Origin: Azolla caroliniana
Lineage: Eukaryota; Plantae; Polypodiophyta
Length of the DNA stretch: 64,000 bases
Assembly: GCA_043228905.1 (NCBI GenBank)
Contig: JBHGNT010000002.1
Span: 27,652,001 to 27,716,000 of the forward strand
Direction of reading: 5' to 3'
The translations under genes and the position numbers were made by a program. The stretch's first letter is position 1; every line of letters starts with the position of its first letter. Under the pieces are notes generated by a model that was not told where the DNA came from, did not search any database, and worked only from the letters and a program-made list of their open reading frames with translations. This document shows positions 53,501 through 64,000 of this stretch, one piece after another.

Positions 53501-56500
53501 TCCAATGCATCGGAGTACCCATACACATGAATCATAGGTAAGGGTTGAGTCGCAGGCCAACTGCAGTTACTGAATGAACCTTTAAGAGCATCTGATCATG
53601 GTAACAATAGAACAAAAACTTCAATTAGTTTCCCTGAAGAACATCAAATCAAGCATGGACTCTTATTTTAATGATAATTCTTAACAGAATAAATTGGCTG
53701 ACACTTCAAGATACAAACACAAACTCATGCAATATAACACGCACATTTGTAGACCACAAAAATTGTGCAGGCATACAAGATTGTATTCCTGTTATTCTAA
53801 GCATTGAATACTCTCAGTCCTTGAAGCTGCACCCTTATCTGTTTTCAGGAAAAAGGTCGCCATATCAACCAGAATATTTCATAGGAGTTATATGAAGGTG
53901 CTTCCTTATCCGTCAATATAAATCAAGCAGAATTATCCTGTTATAACCATGATGGCTGTAACTTCAAGATGTATGCAAACATTGGTAAATAGAATTCAAT
54001 TGTCACCTGAAATGATGGGACATTGCTAAGCTCATAACTATAAAGGGTTTTCATGGTTTAGTATTAGTAGCCACAAGTTCATGGAAAAGCAGAAGAAAAC
54101 AGAGACACAAAGAAGACAACAATGCACAGCATACTTTTGTGCATGTAAATATTTCCTTTTTCTGTTGTAATACATGTTATTTTGTGGCACACAAAAAATT
54201 TATACAAAACGTTCCAGCTGCCATCCTAACAGTGCAGCCCTTGCCAATATTCATTAATTCACCTTTTCAGATCTAGAATAATCTGTCATTATGCACAAAC
54301 ATAAGTGAGTCATTTTATATTTGCAAAACTAGCCAGCAGTCACACTACACTGACTGAAGAAAAAGTACCTAGCAATCTGTCTCCAGTTGTTGACAAGTCC
54401 AAAATAACTTGAGTCATAATCACAGGTTTTCTAAAACCAAGCAATCTCCTTAGGAATTCATGGCATTCCAGATTGTATAGCTGCAAACAAGATACAATTC
54501 CTAAGAATAGGAGCACACACCTGGAAACTGAAAGTATGATGAATTGATGGTCGCTATGCTCAGCAAAAGTTCCATAATAAGCCAAATGGGTCTCCCCAAA
54601 ACGGATGTCGTAAGATGAATTGTAGAGCATGAACTCTTTATTCCACCATCAATATACAGATATCACACTTACCTCAATCTTAGCTTGCAAATTATTCTCT
54701 TCCACATTTTTTGCAAGGTACTTCAATGATTCTGGGTTTTCATCATTTGCAAATACCCTCCAAGCCTTCTTTGCAGATGCAAGAGCAAAGGCACCTACCC
54801 CTGCAGCTATATCACCTGCCATTGATAGGATTTCAGCACAAAGATAGAAGCAAAATTTGCCTAACTTCTCGGCCTCCCTAATGGCTCTTATAAAGCACAG
54901 TTATAGACATTACTTATTTGCCCACCTGATAATGCTAAACCTCGATAAAAAACATTACTACAGCTAATGCACATTCAAATAAGATCCATCTCATTCACAC
55001 ATTAGCCATGGTAGCCATGGAAGTCAAAGGACTCATGCAAGAGCTACATCTGAAATTTGCTACGAAGATCATTTTCCATTTTCCTAAGCTACCTATCCAG
55101 CTACACAGGATTTTACAATAGTGCGACGAGGTGAAAATACAGAAAAAGCAAACATATCTTAAAAGATGAAAATACCCCTTGTCCTTCTGCAGATCGAGAA
55201 ATCACTCAGTTTCCCACATGAGTTTGGAATTGATCATGGAATAAATGTTTTATGTGATCCCTGTTACGTCTCTGCCATTTTCGTTGGAAAACACACACAT
55301 AAATGCAAGGGGAGTTCCTTCACTCCAACAATGCTCATGCAACCAAATGGTCAGACAGATTCATCTATTTATGAAGATCTATCATATGTACTTCCAATTG
55401 AGAACAATTATAATGAATAAACAACGAAATCTTTATCATACATTCATTACAAAATATCATGTTGTAATTATGTCCAATCAATTGCAGTAGTTCCGGTAGA
55501 TCATATGAGGTTAGGAGTTACACATATATAGACAATATTGCAAAATAAAAAAAATAAAAAATGTAACATACAAACAATATCTTTCTCATTGAACTTCTTA
55601 ATAAGCTGTCCCGCTTCAATTGCTAGTTCTGGAATCCAGGACCTATGACGCAAAAAGTTTGGATATAAGCTTACTTGCCAACAAACAAACTCCAAGTAAA
55701 CATTAAAAGGTTTGTCTACTTTCGATAGGCAAAAAAGTGTGTTTGTATGAACCCCTCTTGTTTCATAACATCATCGAGATATAATGAATGTGATTGGAAC
55801 ATTCTTAAATTTCACTACCACTTTTATATTTCATGTAGCTTCAACAGCTACATCAAAGAGAATTAAAGGTTGTATTTATATTGAAGATACCTAGTAGCAT
55901 GTAATATGTAAGATGTTAAGGAAAAGAAAAGTACACTGTTGCTAAGTTGATGTGAAACCGAATCCCACCCTCAATTATGACTGTGGCAACTGAGTGATTA
56001 CCCGCCAGTACTTCCAATTTAGATTGACAACTATATATTGTTATCTCACGTTTATTGATGACTGTTTTTACCCTAGGCCTATATTTGTCTAAAATAACCT
56101 GTCAACAAGCATGTAAAAGATCACAAATGCAGTTAACCAATATAGAGAAGAGATCAGGAGAAATTATGAAACCTGTATTAGAGAATAAACCCTCTAAAGA
56201 ACCTTTGTATACATTTCCACATATATAGAGATACTTGTATACATTTTCTTGGTAGGATGAAACTCACTAAAAAGATGGCATGCACAGAAGTGAGTAGTAT
56301 CGTCGTGATACTAGAGGTAGTTCAACAAACGAGAATGGATACAGTTAACAATCGGCAACGGTTCGGTTTGAACCAAACCGCGAAACCGCGGCTTAACGGC
56401 TTGAACAGTTCGGTTCAGTTCAGGTTTAGGTTTTTTAAAACGGTTCGGTTTTAACAGCCAAAAACCGTGGTTTAAATAATTTAACGGTTTTTTGTTTTTT

Positions 56501-59500
56501 ATTTTTTATTTTTTATTTTTAAATTATAAAAAAATAAAAAAAAAAATTTTAAACAATCTTTTCATTTTTGGACCTTATTCTCACATTTTAGGAACATCTT
56601 AAAAATTTTAAAAATTTTAAATAATGAAATATTATAAATTTAAAAAATTTAAAATTTTGACCTATGTTGAAAACCGAAAACGAACCGCGAAACCACGGTT
56701 TTTACGGTTTAATGGTTTGATGGTTTGATAATTGTTTTAACGGTTCGGTTTAACAGTTTCGTGGTTCAGTTTGGTTTGGTTCAGGTTTCAAAAAAATTTA
56801 ACGGTTCGGTTTGGACCCTTTCAAACCGAACCGAACCATTGCCGATTGTTAGTACAGTATAGAAGATGCTTGAAGGTGGAAACATAGTAAAAACCTAAAG
56901 ATTGACACAATGAACAAAAACAATCAAATTTGGTTGAGAGATATATGTTCCCTTGGCTTTTCAAGGAATGTGCTGGTTGAAACCTTTCAGAAAATTTGGT
57001 GCCTCTTGTGTATTTTTATGAATCATGATTAAAAGGAGGTGGTGAGCACAAATAAAGCAGGTGTAGGCGAGTGGCAGGGACAATGAGAGCACATGAAAGT
57101 TTTAACCCCGAATATTTTGTTGAGTTTGGGACATCATTCTATTACAGTGGGGACTTTGGCCACTTGAATAGTGTGAACAGGCTAAAACTGTCCAAGTATG
57201 ATGCTTATACAAATTAAATCTCTCTCTACAAAGCTCCAGAAAAGAGCTACTGGGAGGAAAGGTCAACGCGTACATGAGGAAATCCCTTGAAGTCATTACC
57301 CACCGGCAAACTCCCATTTAATGGGCCAGGGAGGCTACTATTAAGCAACTCCCATCATTTCTAGACAATGTTGACAATGTGCCTAAGGGAAGCACTTAGT
57401 GAGAGCATCTGCAAACTATATCAAACTCACAACCAAAATGTGTCCCATCATAACCATGATTTTTCATAGAAAATACATAATTCAAATGCTGCTTTAGAGC
57501 ATTTAATGTGCTCTTTCCTTCCTGGAAAGGAACAAGAATGATGGGGCGTTCAATAGAGTTATTTTTCATGTAAGAACAACGATCTGCATGGCTTGGTTTG
57601 AAATCTCATTAAAATATGAGCCAAACTTTCTAGCCACTATCAAGAGGCCAATTTCAGCCCATAAAGACTTTTATTCAGCTTGCATGGTAGATTTGCTTTA
57701 TCTGGAATAGCAAAAGCTTCTAGTCGTTTCATGTACAGCTCTTCATCTAAATCGCCATGCAAGCATGTTGTTTTAATATCAATTTGATGGAGCTCCAAAT
57801 CAAGAGCAACTGTAACATGAAAGAGGATACGAAGTGTGATCATTATCACATGAGAGAACAACTCCTGGAAATCAATGACCTCTTTTCGTGCATAATCATC
57901 CTTAAGGAATAACCTGACTTTGTACTTGGGTTCACCATCAACAGTTTTTATTTTGTATACCCACTTCTTAGGAATAGATTTCCTACCTTTGGCAACTCAA
58001 CCAAATCCCAAGTATCATTTATCTCTTCTTGTATTTCTAGTTCCCACATGTTTTTCTGTTCGCAAGATATTGCTTCTTTAAAAGTAAGAGGCTCACCCTC
58101 ATCAGTCAACATGATATACTACAATGAGGGATCAAAGCTTGATACATATCTCCAAACTCTTGTGGTTTTGTTGACCCAATGATCCACATTCAGGAGGAAC
58201 CATTAACCCCCAATTTGGGGTTGTCCATCATTTACAGCCTTCTTTTCAGCGTGGTCTGCAGGCATCCGGGAAATTCAATGGCTATACAGCATTTTCTGGC
58301 ACAATTACCACGGGCTCAATGTTATTTTCAGCCCTCTGTTGTGCATCCTAAGACGTCTTTTCAGGACTTATACGTGGCTGTACATGCTAAAATTTGACCC
58401 TTTTACTGTCATCTTTTGAGGCAACATTATTTTGAGAAGCTTTAACTCATTAAAAACATCTTGACTGTGCACTGCTTTCTTAAACTGAAGAACCAAATTT
58501 GTATCCCATTTCATCTTCATCACCAGACTCATGAAGGTACCCTTAATAGATTTAAGGGTCAAGCTTATTTTACAAGTCTTACCAGATGTGCACAACGGCA
58601 TCACAACCAAATATGAGTAAGTGGTTATATGACGCAGGTTTTCCAAACCCTCTTCAAGGATGCCACATTGTAATGTTGTGTGAGGAGATCACTTGCAAAA
58701 TAGGAGCTGCAGTTTTCACAGCCCCTGCACAAAACTCTCGAGGGAGTTCAGTTGTGGCCTCTTAAAATATGTTAACATATATTTCATTCACAAAAAAATC
58801 TGTTATAATGTTTGGCTACACCGTTAGAAGAGGGGCTTTTTTAAAATATGAGAATCACAAAATTTCAGAAATTCAGCACTTATGAATTCCCCACCATCTT
58901 CTGTGCACAGATATTTTAATTTTCAACCTGTCTAGTTGGTCACAAATGCAGAAATGGTGTCATTTTATGCACATCAAAATGACTAGGGTCAAGCATGTTT
59001 TGCTTGCTAAACACACCAAAGTAATAAGAACTCCTTACTTTCTTTCCATATTGACAATCCTTACAAAAGTTTAGTTTTGCTCAGTGAAAATAAGATGAAA
59101 TATTAGGCCTTTCTGCCTCATGTAACCAAGCCTTTTGTTCCAAAGTCCCAAATGAGATTCTATCTCTACAACAGTAGTAAATGTCAGGCCAAAGCTTTTC
59201 CATGCAAGCAATATAGAGTGCCTCTCTTGCTTCCGTTAACAACCAGCATGGTATAGTACCTATAGTCTAGCCATGTGTGGCATTTCCTACCACACTGATA
59301 GTATGTTACATCAGATTGTTTACATTTGCCAAATGCAATTTGTTTCATTACCATTTGTTAGTATCATTTCCCAAATTCATTCAAATCACAAAAAGATTTG
59401 AATAACAACGATTTTCTTCTAATTTTTTATTTGATCATTACCAATATTGAACCCTTGAAACATAAACACAAACTGCATTGAGCATTTTCTAAGTTCATAT

Positions 59501-62500
59501 AGCATCGCTCTAATTGTTTTGTTAAGACTTTGACATAAATGCATTGTGATCTAGTCTACCTTTATATCCTTCCATATTCCATAAAACGTTCTCTTTCATT
59601 CTTGTCAAGAGCACTTATCATTTTATATTTCGTGCTACCAATTTATTTCCTTATCAAGTCAAGCAAAACTACATTTTTTCAACAAACTCACGTGAACATA
59701 TGATCATAATCAAAAGTTGTCCAATTATTATAACTTATTATTTCAACAAACACAAGTGACCATATGAACAGATATTCTCTCTACCACATTTGTTTGTGTG
59801 TGTTTGTTTGTCTATGTATATTTTATACATTTGTACATTAAGTTTTATACACCTTTATTGTGAGCATAGATTGACATATTCGCATTCGTCGGGTTTCCCA
59901 TTCGAATACAAACGAATACGAATACGAATGGGTGGTCAAGTATTCGTTTAACTCAAAAAAAAAAAAAAAAAACTGTCTTTTTTAATTTCCTAGGATAAAA
60001 AAAAGGAACTTGACAATAAATAGGGATAATAAAAGAGGGACTTGGGGATTTGACACTACTAAAATTTTATAATAAATGTATAACTTATAAGTTATAAGTA
60101 TTCGTTTTATTTTTAATAAATAAATAAAATAAAATAAAGGCTCATTAATTTCTCACTTTTTATTCCCTCAAAATTTATGGATATTTTTATTTTGACATTA
60201 AAAATAGTACTTCAAACTAATCATATATTCAAAGTTCATACTAATCATATTTGTATAATAAATATAAAAATATTCGTTTTTTAAAAATTGATTAATTAAA
60301 ATAAGTTTCATAAACTCTCTTGACACTATAATCTATTAATGAATAATTGTTCTTTTTTTGGTAAAATAAATTTATTTAAATAAATAAATAAATATTTTAT
60401 ATTTATTTTGCAAAACGAATGGTTTTTTAATATTCTTGGGGTCATTTCGTATTCTCGAATATTGAGAATATTACGCATGGAGAATATCACGAATATCACG
60501 CATGTGTCAATCTATGATTGTGAGTATGCCAAAATATAAATGTCATAAGAAGGTATCGAAGAAATAATCTAGAAAAGTAGTAAGAGAATATACATGATGT
60601 GGCCGGCATCTAGCATCTATTATTTGAAAGCCTCTAATCAGGGAGAGGAGCATCATTCCTAATAATAAATACAACATTAGATAACATTGACATACCTTGC
60701 CTATGATGTGTTTCAAATGAGAATATTGTTCACCGAGGCATAATTGTGCCATGTGACCCACAATTTTGATTGTTGGTGTAGTGGCCTCTCCTTCTGGAAG
60801 CAACTCTTTTAATATCTATTCAGCAAACCATATTTCAAGTTTCTTCACATGCCTAGTGAAACGAACCAGATTAATAGTTATAACAGTTACCTCTTGCATT
60901 GACCAATACTCATAAAACAACGTGAGCTTGCATGGCACAATCTCTCGTTTCCGTCTACTACTTGAGCGGCCTACTCTTTCATTAAGCAATACCTATATAC
61001 TCATCAATGTTATGTGGAGATTGTCGCAACCAAGCCAAACTCATCGTATGATTTCAGTAACTAGGTACATAGTTCAATGCAATATGATGACAACATCATC
61101 AGAAGACAGACCTGCACCACCCTTGGGAGAGCTTGAATGGGTTTTCTTGCGTAATTTATATCCAGAAGTAATAGGCGTGATGGGCCAACCCATTTCTTCA
61201 CATTGAAAGATACATTCTGAAGACTCTCATCTGAATTGACTTTTGGAACCATCTCTTTTACCATGTAAGATTTATTTTTATGGAACATCATAGGGTTTTT
61301 TTCCCTTTCCTTCCGTAATTCCTTGACAACTTTTCGATCTGGCCGGGAAATTCTTTCAATGTTTTCATAGTCACGAGACCTTATCTTATCTACTGTTCTT
61401 AGCTGTTTCTCAATGCGACCGGGAGGAGCTGTGGTTCCATAAACAGCACGAAGAAGAGAATCTTCGACATCTAAGGTCTTTTTTCCTTTGTCATCCTTCA
61501 ATAGGGACTTGATTTCTGTGTCAAGGTCATCTCCATCAACTCTTACCATGTTATCAACACCCTTCCAATTCAGCAAGTGCCCCTTGATACCATATGAAAT
61601 GTTTCTCCACTCATCCAATGGAACTCTCAATGCAACAACATCAAAGGTTCGGGCAAAATCATACCTATTGAAGGCTCGCAATAAGATCATATCATAAAAA
61701 ATTCAACAAAATTTACTGATAAGACCCAAAATTATAATTTCCCAACTGCAAACATACCTGTTGAAAGCTTTTCTGGAAGACCAATGCTTTTCAGATGCCT
61801 CAATTTTGCATGAAGATTCCGCATGAGAAGGTAGATCATCAGAAGCCCGAGCAAAAGCATACCTATCAAAGGCATGCAATTTAAACATCTGCCAAAATTC
61901 TCAAAGAGACCAGTAAGATGCTACACATTGCTTCTAAGAGAAGAATAAATCAAAAAGGTCATGCGATGTTATCATATCTCTTGAAAGCTTTCCAGGAAGA
62001 CAAGTGTTTTTTTATGATATCTCAAGTTTAAATGTAGCTTTCTCATGTGAAGAATCAAGATAGAACATCAAGAAGTTTGGGCCGAAGTATCATACTTCTC
62101 AAAAACTTTTGTAGAAGAACAATTCTTTTCTGATACCTCGAGTTTTCATGAAGCCTTCTCATGAGAAGAAACAGCATCTAAATTTGAAGAAAAAACGTAC
62201 CTTTGGAAAGCTTTTATAGAGGACGACTGCTTTTCCAGCCTCTCCCATGGAACCTCTTCAGCAAGCTCAGCAGCTATGGAGACGTGTGAAACATCAGATA
62301 AAACACGTTCTTGAGTGAAATCTCTAGTTTCTTCATCATAGTCGTCCACAACAACATCACCACAAGCTCTCAGAGCCGTCGAAGAAATCTTGTTCCATAG
62401 AATCTCTTCGTTAGGATCTAAGGCAGTGGCTATGGCGACATGAGAAGCATCAGAACAACCATTTACTGCAGCGAAATCCCTGTATGTTCCTTCAACATCA

Positions 62501-62790
62501 TCATCATCATCATCATCATCAATGACGTCGTCCTCGTCATCATCGAAGGCTAAATCAATGGATATGTCTGGATCCCTCGGGCGTTTCTGCAAATTCCGAG
62601 GAGAGTTGTGGGAAGTGAGGATCAGGGGCCGTCCAGCTCGGAAAAGGGGTCGACGGTCGAGCTCTGAGCAGATAGAGAAAGAATTGCAGGGCCTTATCCT
62701 CGAAGAAGAAGAAGAAGAAGAAGAAGAAGAAGAAGAAGGAAGAGGAGAAGGAGGAGGAAGCGAAGGTTGCCATGAAAGCCGAGAAAGCAT
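50512..62790 (-). CDS. TRM5: Divergent TRM5/Met-10+ family tRNA (guanine37-N1)-methyltransferase-like protein with Ser/Pro-rich transit-peptide-like N-terminus (~707 aa; ~742 with an optional exon)
   Basis: Exons 62790-62201, [61862-61758 optional], 61664-61112, 60992-60891, 60815-60696, 56098-55935, 55642-55572, 54815-54673, 54480-54369, 53591-53479, 50667-50512; phases consistent. Motifs ALRVP, KGHLLNW, GPSRLLLLD, CKLTLFYEYW, VGHMAQL, KTVINK, LEVLAGNHS, CDIAAGVG, ANDENP, PMIHVYGYS, ASFRLPKAVAF match the plant TRM5b architecture as recalled. Confidence 0.88.
51030..52850 (+). mobile_element. Degenerate RTE-like LINE RT remnant in the last TRM5 intron
   Basis: CFVDF*KAFDTV (~51040), ILLYGDDIVL (~51200), GLSVNIDQTNVMVF, and YTYLGITF (~51400). 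Many stops and frameshifts. Confidence 0.8.
56346..56851. mobile_element. MITE with ~22-bp TIRs and AACCG subterminal repeats (hAT-like)
   Basis: TAACAATCGGCAACGGTTCGGTT at the left end and AACCGAACCATTGCCGATTGTTA at the right end. The imperfect TSD shares TACAGT on both sides. Confidence 0.85.
57370..59330 (-). mobile_element. Decayed Ty1/copia pol remnant in a TRM5 intron
   Basis: LWNKRLGYM (~59145), LCTEDGGEFISAEF (~58900), EPLTFKEA (~58090), and LHQIDIKTTCLHGDLDEELYM...KLNKSLYGLK (57790-57650). Confidence 0.85.
59865..60516. mobile_element. hAT-type MITE with perfect 8-bp TSD ATTGTGAG
   Basis: TIRs CATAGATTGACA...TGTCAATCTATG. TSD at 59857-59864 and 60517-60524. Internal CGAATA repeats. 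Confidence 0.92.
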
Positions 62791-62888
62791 GGCCACGGAA
62801 GAAAGAAAGAAAGAAAGAAAAGCGCTGCCTGACTGCCTTTGTCTTCCTTGCATTAGTGTTAGTTGTTATTCCATACATACATACTCAT

Positions 62889-63070
62889 TAGCAATGGGCC
62901 CGTTTTTAGCCCGAACCGAACCGTTATATCATGGCTTAACGGTTTATAGGTTCGAAGATAAATAAACAGTTTGGTTTGGTTTCAAATGTTACTAATCGGT
63001 TCGGTTTTGAATTTCATGCTTTATCGATATCAGTTTATGTGGTGCGGTTTAACAATTTATAGGTTAAAAA
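62889..63070. mobile_element. MITE fragment (AACCG/CGGTT-rich) just upstream of TRM5
   Basis: TAGCAATGGGC start and repeated gaaccg/cggtt motifs resemble 56346-56851. The second end was not found. Confidence 0.45.
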
Positions 63071-64000
63071 ATACTCCTAAATTTTACTCATACATACCAT
63101 GCCATACATAGAATGTTATGGTGAGATTTGGGGTTTTGGGTTTAGATAAGGAGATAAATACATACGTACCATACATATAGAGTGCAAGTGAGAGGGTATT
63201 CGATGTGTCTAACTACTACCAAATATTAAAGAGCACAAGTGAGGGAATTGTGGGCGTAGACGGCACATGCGATCTGCATCGTCCAATGTGGATAATAATA
63301 ATAAAAGTGTGCACTCAAATTTTCACTTTAGGGGGAGGCCAAGGAGCCCGACCATTGAAATTGCAGGAGCTTGACAAGCCCAGCTCACATGACGTAGGAG
63401 CCCGAGGAGCCCGACTCTAACTCGTATATATAATTTGTGGTCCAAGAACTAGACATTTTCTTGAGTTGTTTCAATGGCTATTTGGATGAAGAAGTATTGG
63501 CAACTAGACGTCCCCAAAATCTAATTTATAGGCGGAAGCTTCAAACTTCTTGTCAATTTTGATGTGGAGCCAAATTTCTCTTGATTAAGCTCTTTTTCAT
63601 TAGTTATTTCAGGAGGAAATTTTTGATCTTTCAAGATGCTTAGGTTGGATGTGTGATTATTAACATTGAGGTGTTGAGCACATTGGTCAATTGTAAAGAT
63701 GTAAATTCTTTTATTCACAATATTGAGTGTCCCTCTGGTTGAGGATGGGCTTGTATATTAATAACTCTTACAATTTGTTATTTAACATAATACCATGTAG
63801 CAATTTGTTTTACAAATCAATCATATTTTGTTGTCAATGTTTTCATTTTAATATGACGGCGAATCAATATTATCCAGATGACATGTCGATTTGTTCAACA
63901 TCATCATTCGTAGGTGAAGAGATACATGATCTAATGCCATTCTTATTTACCTTCTCTCATAGGATCATATTAGAAACTTTCTTGAACGTTTCCACCTATT

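Noticed and set aside
53790-53945. Extra TRM5 exon (IRVQLQGL..., minus)
   Set aside because: It runs into a stop and is not needed; 53591-53479 supplies the homologous segment in phase.
62791-62853. Upstream ATG (62853) extending TRM5 by 21 aa
   Set aside because: The extension is CT-rich and UTR-like, and 62790 has the better GCCATG context. It is not excluded without TSS data.
63310-64000. Possible transposon end with GGAGCCCGA repeats
   Set aside because: It is truncated by the window edge and no TIR, TSD or protein motif could be confirmed.

Overview
AT-rich eukaryotic nuclear DNA from a land plant. A fern or other non-seed lineage is inferred from the TE clades and gene divergence. Three spliced genes were reconstructed by hand: a divergent Sec14/CRAL-TRIO lipid-transfer gene (+, 16859-20701), a leucine-zipper/DUF547 gene (+, 38887-45360), and a probably plastid-targeted TRM5-like methyltransferase (-, 62790-50512). 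There is also a cytosolic tRNA-Pro(AGG). The first 7.3 kb is a nest of Ty3/gypsy elements, followed by L1-like, RTE-like and copia remnants, four hAT-type MITEs, tRNA-derived repeats and intronic tandem repeats. Highlights: (1) TRM5 5' introns apparently built from tandem copies of a coding AF-x-RY motif, giving four same-phase AG|GT sites; (2) loss of G37-recognition motifs in an otherwise intact TRM5; (3) a G_GAU_UUU -1 frameshift signal with a possible pseudoknot between protease and RT; (4) three related LTR insertions all flanked by 4-bp CG-centred target sites; (5) a convergent double tRNA-head repeat family. All calls were made by eye; no searches were run.
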